Source of the DNA: Paraspadella gotoi
Lineage: Eukaryota > Animalia > Chaetognatha
NCBI GenBank assembly: GCA_051294375.1
Contig: CM119268.1
Location: forward strand, 21,502,672 to 21,566,671
Length of the DNA stretch: 64,000 nucleotides
Reading direction: 5' to 3'
Below, piece after piece: positions 37,920 to 50,154 of this stretch. Under the pieces are notes generated by a model that had not been told where the DNA came from, did no database searches, and was given only the letters and a program-made list of their open reading frames with translations. Each line of letters begins with the position of its first letter. Position 1 is the stretch's first letter. Both the position numbers and the translations under genes were made by a program.

Positions 37920-39249
37920 CAGCAGTAAATTTCAGGTAGTAATGTGAACCACACTATTCTAAAAGAAATAAAAGAGAAAAAATTGCAGCTTTAAATGTTA
38001 GTTACGTATTCACTTTTATTTTCTTTCTACAAGCAAAATTTTTTATGAATTTACGGCAAATTGAAATATTTTGAAAAATTTTCAAATGTCTTTTCTCTTA
38101 TTTTTTTATGCTTGTTGACTTTGGAAGAAACTAGAGCCCTTGAGGCGTGTTCTCTTGCTCAAAGAAGTTTGTTCCGCTCGTCCCTTTAGCTCGTCTTCAA
38201 ATCTTCCCTCTTTATATTAATCATATTACAATCAATTCATATTATTATTTATATTATTAATCGTTCTGCTCAGCCATCGAATAATGAATCGAAACTTTAG
38301 CCTGCAAGCGTTTGTGTCTCGGAATAAATGTGGCAACGATCGCTGGATTCGCAATAAAACCTCCTCTCCATTGTTCTTCAAGTAGTCAATGTTATTCCTG
38401 ACGGCGGTTTCGAGGTGCGCCAACTCCGGAAGGAGTTTGGCCAGGATGCGGGCGGCGAAGAGACCTCCGAGTGGAACATCTTGAGCCAGATGGCGGGCCA
38501 AATCGCGCCACATGTTGGCGTCAAACATAGTAGAGATGTCCCAACCATTTTCAGCTTCTTCAAAGCCTGTTACGGTGAACGCGGAAGAAAGGTAGGTTTG
38601 ACATTAATAGACACTTAAAAATTAAAAAAAATTCTACCTTCGTTCGTATATTCTACCATAACACCGTAATTAGGATTGATAATGCGATATCAGGCGGTTT
38701 GTAATAGTATTCTCTCATACAAAAAAGGACAATAATTCCAAAAGGGCAAGTCTTAGGTTGTAGTTATTCCATCCATCGTTTCCTAAAAGTTATTTTTACA
38801 CTTAGCTTTGTTCCACTTTTGAATAAGTGACTCACTAGTCAGTAGTTACTATCCCATATATATGAATATAGTTCATATTAAAAATTCAAATTTGTTACTT
38901 GTGGCGCGGATAATCTGGAAGAAACTAGGCGAGAAAAAAACGGTTAATTTTAAAAATTTTAATTATCCGTTAAAATCGCTTAATCATTATAATGATAAAA
39001 CTAAGTAACAAAAAAATATTTCTGTTAATTCATTAAAAAAATTTATTAAAGAATTCATTAATTCACTAAAGAAAAAAATAATTCATTCATTCATTAAACA
39101 ATTTAATAATTCATTAAAGAAAAATTGTAATAACAAAATACAAAACAAAACAGAAAAAAATCAAACTAATGTTGGAGGTGGTAAAGTGAGTTAAGCGGAA
39201 TTTACTTTTTATAATTAAAACTGTCGGTTCCCCGTGATTTTAAAGAAGG
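33181..39249 (-). repeat. Right arm of the inverted duplication, including frameshifted copies of the last two PDE exons (~38257-38783)
   Basis: Reverse complement of 23983-30013; ORF 38232-38528 repeats LFAARILAKLLPELAHLETAVRNNIDYL. Confidence 0.9.
34256..34919 (-). mobile_element. TRIM family A, mirror copy of 28299-28953
   Basis: Two LTRs, same internal region and same CGAT flanks inside the duplicated arm. Confidence 0.85.
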
Positions 39250-39797
39250 TATGGCAATGGGAGGATAGCCTGTGATACCCGGGGCGCGGGGGTATCTCAC
39301 CAACTGGCGTAGGGGCTGCGGACCCTCAGTGACCGCCTCCTGTCACTGGCATGTTTATACCGGCACCATCACATTTAAGCCAGAAACCGGGATACCCGGG
39401 GATTGAACCCGGGACGCACGGATGGAATGAGATGATTTAGCCTGCTCAGCCATTGAGACGAGGCTGAGGACGGACAGCAGTGAGGCAGCTTTAAGTTCTT
39501 GCTGCCACAGGATCCCCCCACCAGACTTCTCCACAGGGGCCTCAATCCTGAGGAGATGTCTGAGAGAAAGTTTTGATCTCATTGCCATAGTGAGAGCGAG
39601 CGGCCGACGCGACGCGAGTTCTGGCAGCGTTACCAGAGAAGTAGGGCATAGGCGTGATATGCAATACCCTAAGCGACGTAAGCGTGGGCGCACGGGTGCG
39701 CAGCGGTTGCGTGTTCGAGAGTAGGGCTCACCACTTTATGGCAATTGGGAGGATAGCCTGTGATACCCGGGGCGCGGCGGTATCTCACCAACTGGCG
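39250..39797 (-). mobile_element. tRNA-LTR TRIM family B (5' LTR cut at an adapter junction)
   Basis: Minus strand: partial 5' LTR 39797-39737, AAG linker, PBS TGGTGAGCCCTAC 39733-39721, internal region, PPT-like ggtggggggatcc, complete 260-bp 3' LTR 39509-39250 (TGTGGCA...TGCCATA) with A-box TGGCTGAGCAGG and B-box GGTTCAATCC; absent at the equivalent site 23982. Confidence 0.8.
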
Positions 39798-40142
39798 ATC
39801 TCTCTCTTTTGGAGCCACTTCAACATCCTCAAATTACGAGGAGACCACCTCAAATTTTTAATCTCCTCGACTGAAAAGTTGCATTATGTTATTAATTAAG
39901 AAGCTTCGTACCAAATTTGGTGCTGGTATCACAATTCCTTAAGAGACTTCAGTAAAGAACCTCTGGCTTTTTCCGTCAGAGCTTAGTCCTATGATAGAAT
40001 ATTTGATTACTTCCCATTTGCCACGATGCTTTTTACTTTTTGGCTGTTGAAGAGTCTAATAGTGTAATAGCTTTGTAATGTTTTGGTCACAATATTTACC
40101 TTTTAGATTTTCCAATACTTGATTTTATTTCTCTTCCTTCAG

Positions 40143-40302
40143 CTATGCGACGATGTTGCCACGTTATCCCCCTCGTCCTTCGCAAATTAAATATTCACTG
40201 ATGAGGAAAGATACTTTGACGCCACGCGGGGCAACATTAAACAAATGGCTCAAAACCGGACACTTTTTGCCAAGAGCGAAGCCTATGTCTGGCTTGGCTC
40301 CC
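40143..40302 (+). CDS. Candidate exon, possibly an upstream exon of PDE10-like paralogue 2
   Basis: ttccttcag acceptor, open frame YATMLPRYPPRPSQIKYSLMRKDTLTPRGATLNKWLKTGHFLPRAKPMSGLAP, gtaagt donor; no recognisable domain. Confidence 0.4.
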
Positions 40303-42099
40303 GTAAGTTTTTTAAAAGAGGGAGTGTAGAAAAAAGTTGAAAAAATAACTTAATCCACGAATTAATAATAGCATAAATTTACTTTTTCAACTATTATTGA
40401 AAAAATATTTATTTTTATAAGCTGAACAGCAAATACACTTCAGTAACTACATCTGCAGTATGATTTTTCTCGTTTTTAACAATATATTGTGGCAATATCT
40501 CAGGGTCCCTTTACCCTAGAGAGTTAAAGTTTGGCTCATCTTGTAGCATGCCGTTTGACATTTCTGAATATATCAATTATTACATAATTCTGATAATTTT
40601 ATAGTATTAACTTCTTGGCCCCAATGAAGTCTTCAAATTTGTCGATAAACTTTTTATTTTTTTATTTTTTGATGCTTCGCGAAGTCACAACCAATCAAAA
40701 CTTTATTAAATTTAAATGGAATAGTATGCATAATACAGTGTAACACTCAAGAACAAAAAAATTATTTGAATGATCGAACAAGGAGATTTAGATGTGACAT
40801 AGTACAAAAAATATTTTGTTCATATCGTCTCGGGAACAGAATAGTAAAGGCTCCACGTACGATCGACGTCCTTTAGATAACANNNNNNNNNNNNNNNNNN
40901 NNNNNNNTGGCTAAGACCGAAATGGAGTTTTTTTTGATATTTGTAGCGTTGTAAAGCTTATTCTGTGGGCTATATTTTCTGTTAGTTTAAGCCAATTTAA
41001 AACTATTTTTGTTTAATAAATATTATAATAAAAACTAAAACTGCGACTTTTTGACTTGTCACTTTAAAATTAATTCATAAGTGAACTATGAATAGAATAT
41101 AAGGAAAATATTTACTCAGGGGTGAAGAGAAAGGAAGAAAGGAATTCCAAAATAAAAAAGATTCATCAACTTGTCCTTGGCATTCAATTTGAAGAGAAAT
41201 GAGAATGAACAAAATGGACATGATTTTTTTCCTAAAAGTTGCAAAAATGTTACTCTTATATGATTAAAGAAATAGCTGGAGATGGTTTTAACTAATCCAT
41301 ATTTTGGCCTAATTTATATTATGGGCAATTTAAATTTATTTTGTTAATAGTAACATGAACACTGGAAAAACTAGTTTTTTATTGAATGCGGAGATTGTAA
41401 GCAGAGGCTAAAATATAATATATTTGTAATAAATATTCTTATAAAATAATAAATTTAAATTTTTTTTTTAAACTTTTAATAAAAAATCAGATTCTTAATA
41501 AAAGTTGAATAAAAATATAAAACATATTGTCAAAAATTATGTTATCTACAGCATTTAAAATGGAAAAAGGGTAAAAATTCACGGGTTTTTATTCTCTGTA
41601 GTAGAAACTTATATATGTTAAACGTTTTCGTCATTTTTTATAATCCAAATATTAAAATATCATATAACATATTTTATAAAAGTTTTTTAGTTTTTTACGG
41701 TGATCCAAATCTGTTCTTAAAAATAAATAAAAAATTTTAAATTTAATGATTTTATAAGAATATTACTACACAAATAATTGAATTTACTATACTGTTATGC
41801 AAAAAAAAATTTTAAAAAGAATTTAAAATTCATTAATTAAACGTCCATAGGCAGCAAATAAATAATGTTCAATCACTCAATCTTTTCATCACTCCACCCT
41901 AATGCATAATGTAGCATTTTGCCTGCTCTTCAATGTGGTATAGATTTCATATTGGTTTAAATCTTAGGTGCTTAATAACTTTTCTAAATAATAAGGAGAG
42001 GATTTTTTTATAAAGCTTCAGCTGATTTTATAAATATTTTTTTAATTCAAAAATTCATAGTTAATATAAAATTTAAAAAAATTAATTAAATGAGTAACA

Positions 42100-42325
42100 T
42101 GAAGAGACAGTGATTAGTGACATATGTTAATGACAGAACCGTTCAATATAGGCAGTCCCTGAGCTTTGGATCAGGCTGGAACACCGAGTTACAGGCGGGT
42201 TAAGCGCCCCGTCCCTCTTAACTGCAAGGCGACCACTGGGCTAAAACCCCAGACCTTTGGTTGGGAGGCGAATGACTTGCCTCCGGCACCAATGGCCACT
42301 GATGAGCGGTTGGTGGATTTTAGTC
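42100..42325 (-). mobile_element. TRIM family A LTR truncated by a HINE-like element
   Basis: tgaagagacag...ggttggtggattttagtc runs directly into ggatctgcttattagcagatc. Confidence 0.85.
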
Positions 42326-43330
42326 GGATCTGCTTATTAGCAGATCTTATCTTCTCAGCAGATCCCGACTCTATAATTCACTTTGTCGGTCCGTCGGTCA
42401 ACCCCAACAATCTTGTCGGGCATTCACTTATATCATGTCAGAACATTGAATTATGATAAATTTATTTATTTATAAAAAAACGATATCCGTCGTCCGTCTG
42501 TCTGTCCGTCCGTCCGTTCGTCCCTCCTTAGCAAAAAACTCCAATTACTCGTGATTGCATTGTTTGTTGGAATGAGATTTCTGTGTGTTGGTAGGGAAGT
42601 GTGCGATTGATGTGGATATGAAGTTTTGATGGAATTGTGCGAGTTGAAATGAGGTGAAATGGAAAAAACTAAAAAATTATTTCACTATTTGAACGCCAAT
42701 TACTCATGAGTAGATAGGACTTAAATTTTGTATTTGGGTAGAAAGGTGTGTGATTAAACTGGAAATCAGGTTTCGATGGAATCGTCTGAGTGGAAATGAT
42801 TTTAAATGAAAAAAAAAACTGTTTCACTAATTTGTCCTGAAAATAGTCAGACGTAGTATTGTTATTGTTATCGCTTTGTTATTGTTACTGTTGGAGAATA
42901 CAAATCATTCTCGATCTGAACTTTCGTCTCGTTAACATCTAATGCCACAAAATGCAAGATGTATTAATTAATCAAATAATTCATCGGTTAGTTAATCAAT
43001 TAATTAATTAATCAGTCAATAATGAATAAATTAATTATTCAATCATTCCATTTTTTTATCTATTTATTAATTATTCAATCAATCATTTTATTTATCAATT
43101 AATTAATTATTTAATCAATCAATTAAGTCAATCGTTATCGCCATTATAGTCGTCGTCGCCATCATCGTCGTTGTTGCTTTTGTCGTGGGCAGTGATGAAA
43201 AGACTTAAAAACAAACATTTTGGATCAAATTAATTAATAATTGCCTAATTATTTAACTTAAATTCATTAATTAATTCATTACCGCTAATGAACGTGGGCA
43301 GATCCGACATTGTATGTTCAAACTTGTTTT
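42318..43330 (+). mobile_element. Full-length DINE-1/HINE-like Helentron-associated element
   Basis: 5' T-run, subterminal repeat AGTCGGATCTGC with nearby inverted copy GCAGATCCCGACT, (GTCY)n microsatellite at 42487-42522, AT-rich variable region, 3' subterminal repeat GCAGATCCGAC, short stem-loop, then CTTGTTTT; no TSD. Confidence 0.8.
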
Positions 43331-43431
43331 GTGTCTATTGAACAAATAGTATGTCAAAAGGTACCAAGAGACATTTTATTTGATTAATGTCCTTTTTTCT
43401 GCCGAATTTTAATGTTTCCTTCTTTTGGTAG

Positions 43432-46400
43432 CAATACTCGGTCTCGTGCTTCACAATCATCAGACACTGCTATAGAAAAAATCGAAGGTATTTTAATATA
43501 AATAATTTAATTTTAATAATTGGTTAGTTTCTATTAATGAACAATTTACATGTTTAATTTTTTGTACCAATTATCAACCGAACGAACATTCTACAAGTAA
43601 AGAAAACTTCAAAAAAAGAATGACACAAAAAGAGTCAATTGAAAAGGCTGATGAGCCAATAACTGAAGTTATAAAGTAAGTCATTGTATATAACTTATAT
43701 ATATAACTATATATAAATATTTTTTGGAAACCTGCAACTCTTCTCTCAGTTGCTTAACTTTCATTAATTTTACTCTTTGTGTCTTGTTTTATCAATTTTT
43801 AATCATTTAATCGCTTTTGTCAATTTTTCTTTTTATTTTAAATAGAAAAAAAATTAAAAAACTACCTTATTTAAAAGTCATAATTCTATTATAAAATGAT
43901 AAAAATTTAAAAAAACTTTTATGACCTGGTGAGACAAGATATTAAAGTTACCCATTATCAATTCAGAATGTACTATTTTTTTATTTACTCTGAGAAAAGT
44001 GCATTCCTTTTTTCCTTTAGACTAGTTAAAACCTATTAAATAAAAATAATTATTAAAGAAAGTAATTTTTTGTAATTAAAAAAAATTCTAACTTTTTAAC
44101 CGATAATCCTTGTTTTTTAATTCTTTCAGCAAAACAAAGGCAATTATCTTTTTATTCAATTGGCTGTAATTTTTTTAAAAAAATATTTCACGAACATTTT
44201 TAAAATTATCATTTTTAAAAAAATTTATCAAAAATTGCCCAAAACAATAGGTTTTTTAAAAAAAAATACTTAGTAAAAAACTAACTTAATTTATAATGCG
44301 AGGTATGTAACATAGTCAATTTTTTTCGCTCTACAAGATAGTTTGGGTTTCGTCCCTCTAGCTATAAAGCTTTAAAAGATTTTTATCAAAAAGTCGATTT
44401 TTTACCAATTTTTTCATTTTTTTAAAGTTGGCAGCATTTACTGTAAATTTTTTTGGAAAAAAATGTTCAAAAAATTCAAATGATCAATACTCGTTTTTTG
44501 ATTTTAAAACGTTTCATATATGGAAAGGTCTAATACATATGCGTTTTAAAGGTCTTACTACCTAATAGAAACTTAACTGAGTTAACTTGAGCAAACAACG
44601 CCGGATCTGCACGCGGGCATTTAGCGGTAAGCAGCGAATCAGATGATAAGTTATGATTTTTTGTGACCAGAATCTGTTACTATCAAACTACCTGATAGAA
44701 TTTTATGAAATTTTACATTGAGAGTCCCAATAACGATATAAATGGAATTATTCAACCCCTGACAAGAAATACAGGATCCTAGGGGTGAACCCTGGGGGGC
44801 CAAAAAAACCTAAAAATTTGTTTTCATTTTTTCTATTTTTTTAGTAGCATCAGGTGCATATTGACGTTTTAAACAAATAAAAACATTTTAGAACTAAAAG
44901 GAAAAACGAGCACAATAAAATAGTTAAGCATAAATTCAATTCCACTTGGACAATTCCATTGAAACTTTATTTCCAGCCCACATACAAAATTTCAGGTCAA
45001 TCTTTCAATCAACACGAGTAATCGGCATTCAAAGCTAATGGGGGATGGATGGATGGACAAAGAGACAAACAGACAGACGGACAAACGGATATCTTTTTCT
45101 TAATAATTTATCATAATTCAATTTTCTGATATGATCTAAATGATTTAACGACAAGATTTAGGGGTGGGACCGATGGACCGACAAAGTGAATTATAGAAAC
45201 GAGATCTGCTGTAAAACAGATTTGGCTAAAAATTGAAAACATAAATTGGACAGACCAACAGACTGACTGACTGAAAAGTGACTTATCTACTTGCTCAGCG
45301 AGTACTCACAGAGGAACAAAAAATTATGAAGGATATCCTGCTCTCTATAAAAGTAAATAGTAGTCATTTATAAAAAAAGTATATATAAAAGTATAAAAAG
45401 TATAAAGTATAAAAAGTACTAGATAGATAAAACTGAGCAGATTGAGATTTAAAATATATTTTTTCAGTTTTTATCTTTTTTTTTAAGATTAAATTCAGCA
45501 TCAAGAAAATTTCCACTAAATATCCGGATGCTGCAATACTTCAGCTATCGTCATCCAAAATTATTTAACAAAGCCATTAAAAAAATGGATAACTGGGATT
45601 TTGACGAAACTACTACTCCAAGAGATATGTTATTGATCAAAAGGTGGGACACCATTACCTATTATACACTCGAGTGGATAATTTTTATTTATTATTGTGA
45701 TCTATTATCTATCATATGTAATTAATTTGTAATAATATCTATTTAAAATGAAAGAAATTTTTTTTTTGATTCAGGTTAGTTTCTGTAAGAAAAACTATTG
45801 TTAAATGAAAATATCATTTTTGACAACCTGAACATCATAATATTATAACATATTCAATGACAGTTTATGACATATTTAGGCCAATCTGTATGTTTTAAAA
45901 AATTATAAGTGTAATTGTAAAAATTAAAAAAATTTCAGGAATACTAATTACTAATACAATAAAAATATAATTTAAAATATATTTAAAATTTTTGAATGTC
46001 TAAATTTTATGATTTATACAAAAAATACTTACAATGTACAATAGAGTGATATGAAAATTTTAGAAAATTAAAATTTAGCATATAAAACATGAAAATAAAA
46101 ACCAATAAAAATACTTTGGTAAATATATTTTTTAATTTTATATATAAGTGGGCACCAGTGAGCTTATTTTATATATAGTAAAAAGTATATAAGAGGCTAA
46201 AATTTCACAATACAATTTTTTTTAATTTTAAGATCGGATTTGGATTCCTTGCAAAAAGTTTATATAAGAAAGTATAATTCTTTTTTAAAAATTATTTCAT
46301 TAAGTTAGTCAAAAATGTAGAAAACTATATGCTGATTTACTATTTCCAGCTTAATAATATAGTTTTTTTGGAATTTTAACTTAATGACCTAATTTTTGAA

Positions 46401-49400
46401 AAAGATTTATATTGTATTTTATCAACTATTAATGAGAAATCTGAATCTGTTCTCAGAATTAATAAAAAACGTTTTGAAATTTTAACATTACACTGTTCCT
46501 TTTTACATCGATTTAATTGGCACCGAGTGCACAAGAATGATATATCCCGTGATACGTTTCCGGACCTTTGGGCTACACAAAAAAATGGTAATAAAATGTT
46601 TTCCTAATGACAGTTTTTTTATAAATTAATATTAAAATTAGCTATATAAAATAAATAAAGTAGAATAAAAAAATAAGAAAATGGTTGAAAATTTTTAAAA
46701 AATTAAGGAATTATGCATCATCCATAATTTATAAACAATTTCCTTCCGTTTGAGTCCATAACCAATATTTTATCTTTAATAGTTTATTTGAAATTAAAGA
46801 CGAAATCTTTTACATCAACGATTTTTATTTTTGAAGGTGCATACTAGTTTCGACTTTCATTCAAGCCTTCATCAGTGCTTTTTCACTTTTTCACAATAGT
46901 TTATTTGTAATTAATTTTTCTTTATTAAAATATTATTTTAATTTTTTTTCAAATAATTTAAATTAACAAAATTATAACTATGCCAAATTATTGAAGAAAA
47001 ATTTTATATTTTATTTTATTTTATTTTATTTTATTTTATATTTTATTTTATATTATATTATTATACCTAATATTGGCCTTCATTTACATATATAGTAAGT
47101 TTATTATGAATAAATAAATAATTTAATAAAATAATAAAATAATAATAAAATAAATAATTTATAAAATTGACTATATGAAAAAAATTTTAACTTTGAATTT
47201 TTTTTAGCATAATAAATATAATTTTTAATTAATTGTTTATGATGTTTTTAATAGCTAGTGGTCTGTTGTATCCTTCTCAATTATCATAAATTTATAACTT
47301 CTTTTATTTTTAGTAATACTGACTTTTGATAAATTTAAAAAAATTACTGATATTAAAAATTCTGTATGAAAAAGCCAAAAACTTTTTTTTTAATCATATG
47401 CTATTTAATTTTAATTACATTTTTTTTAATCTCCAAGTGAGGTTGTTTGGTAAAAAGTGCAAGAGCCAAGTATTTGAAGAGCAATTCTATATGTCACTTT
47501 TGGTTGGTTATTCGGTCTGTCCAACGGTCTGTCTGTCTGACTGTTGGTCTTACTTTATTTTAAATTCTCCTTACAGTGGGAAAAAAATATTTTAGTTGTG
47601 AAGCGGAACCATAATCATTAAGTGTTACTTAATGATTATCTTCCAACTTCGGAAATATTCAGTTTTCCAACACTTCATATTCTGTTGGGAGTAGTCAATA
47701 AAACGGTGGTGTGACTTTGAAGATTGGCCTAATAAGCTATATTTAATGCGTGATCATTATCACAATAAAAGTTTTCAAGTAAGTTTTACTTTTATAAATT
47801 TTTAATTGCGCTGCGAGTACTCGTAGTAGAACTCTAAGTCACTTTTCAGTCGATCGGTCAGTATTTTTTGTTTTTTCGTGCATAAATGAGACATGGCTCA
47901 TATGAATAAGTTGCCTCGAAAATTTGTTTGTTTGTTTGTTTCATACCACGTGACCATTTGAATCCTGTCGCTATAAAAAATTTATCAAAGGAAAAGCTTG
48001 AATTTGCTCCATCTTTTTTCGCTCATTACAAGTTCAAAACAAAATTCATTATCAAGAAATTTATAAATAAAAAAGAGTATGTTTTGTGAGTTTGTAGAGT
48101 CATCACATGCACTGTTTAATTATTGATTAAAAACGTCGAATTTGGGTTCAAGTGCAGAATATTTTATAGAAAACCAATATTTCGATCCTTAATTCCCTGG
48201 GAAGAAATGAGACTGGACATTGAAATGTGTGGGGGGGTGGAGTGATTTATCCCTGTTGTATTGTTTGACTCTCACCTGCTCTCTCTCTTTCTTTCTCTCT
48301 CTCTTTTTTAGCTCTATCTTTTTTTCCCCTCTTTTCACTTTTACCCTGAACGATGATCTGTCAAGATCGAAATATTCGTTTTCTATAAAATAAACTGCAC
48401 TTGAACCCAAATGCAACATTTTTAATCAGTATGTTTTGTTTTTATAAATCTTTTTTCAAAATGTGAAAAGAAAGTCACTGCGTCATAACACATCTAAACC
48501 ATTATTTTTTTTTAAATTAACAAAAAAATTAAAGGGAAATGAGTGCAAAAAATTATTGGATAATATTGGAATTTTGAGGGAAATGTTACCAGCTCAACAT
48601 TATATTTTTTTGCGACTGTTGGAATCATTTAATGCTGTGGTTGAATCTTGTTTTTCGAACAATCTTTATGAATTCAAAGAAAACTGGATAAAAAGTGGAC
48701 TATCCATTACAACCAAAGTTCATTTAGTTTTCGAACACCTTGAAGAAACAATCGATAATCTTGGAATAGGATTGGCAGTACTTAATGAATCAACAGCAGA
48801 GAGTATACATGCTGACTTTGATACTCATTACAAAAGTTATACTGTCAAAAATACTGCTTCTTTGTCATATCAAAAGCGGCTATTACATGCAATAACGCAG
48901 ATCGAATATAAAATGTTCGTCTATATGATGTTTGTGTTTGAAATGGTTGTTATGTTTATTTTCTTTAAAAGAAATAATAAATTAATGTCATCTTTAAATT
49001 GAAAATTTCAATTATTTGAAACTTTTTCAATTTTGTTAAAATATTTATTTCTATACATAAAAAAATGAATAGCATGTTACTAGAAAAGTATATTTTTTTG
49101 AGAAAAACTGGCAAGGTAAAGATATTACCCTGAACTCATTTTTATGCAATAATTTTTAAGTGAGGACCATTTAAAATAAAGTAAGACCAACAGTCAGACA
49201 GACAGACCGAATAACCACCAAAAAGTGACATATAGAATTGCTCTTCAAATACTTGGCTCTTGCACTTTTACCAAACAACTTCACTTGGAGATTAAAAAAA
49301 TGTAATTCCCGTTGTTTAACACGTTTTATATTTTGTCAACAGGTAACAATATATCATATGAAAAAACTAAATAGCATGTGATTAAAAAAGTTTTAGTCTT

Positions 49401-50109
49401 TTTAATACAGTCAGTATTACTAAAAATAAAAGAAGTTATAAAATTATGATAATTAAGAAGGATACAACAGACCAGTAGCTATTAAAAACATCATAAACAA
49501 TTAATTAAAAATTATGTTTATTATGCTAAAAAAAATTTAAAGTTATATTCAATTTTATAAATTATTTATTTTCTATGTCAAAACATAATCATAATAAACT
49601 TACTATATATGTATATGAAGGCCAATATTAGGTAAATATAAATAAATATAAATATATATATATATAATATATGTAAATATAAATAAATATATATATAAAT
49701 ATAAATATTATAATATTAAATTTTTCTTAAATCATTTGGCATAGTTATATTTTTTTTAATTTAAATTATTAGGAAAAAAAATTTAAATAATATTTTAATA
49801 AAGAAAAATTAATTACAAATAAACTATTAAAGATAAAATATTGATTATGGACTCAAACGAAAGGAGATTGTTTATAGATTATGGATGATGCATAATTTCT
49901 TAATTTTTTAAAAATTTTCAACCATTTTCTTATTTTTTTTATTCTACTTTATTCATTTATATAGCTAATTTTAATATTAATTTATTAGTAGCCATAATGT
50001 GGTATTCCTTTCGTTTCGTTGTGTTTTGGTGTTTTAGCGAAAACAAAGTTTAGAGTTTATACTACAACGATTTTTTATCTTTGTTGTACATTGCACAAAT
50101 GTATCATAT

Positions 50110-50154
<45 letters not shown>

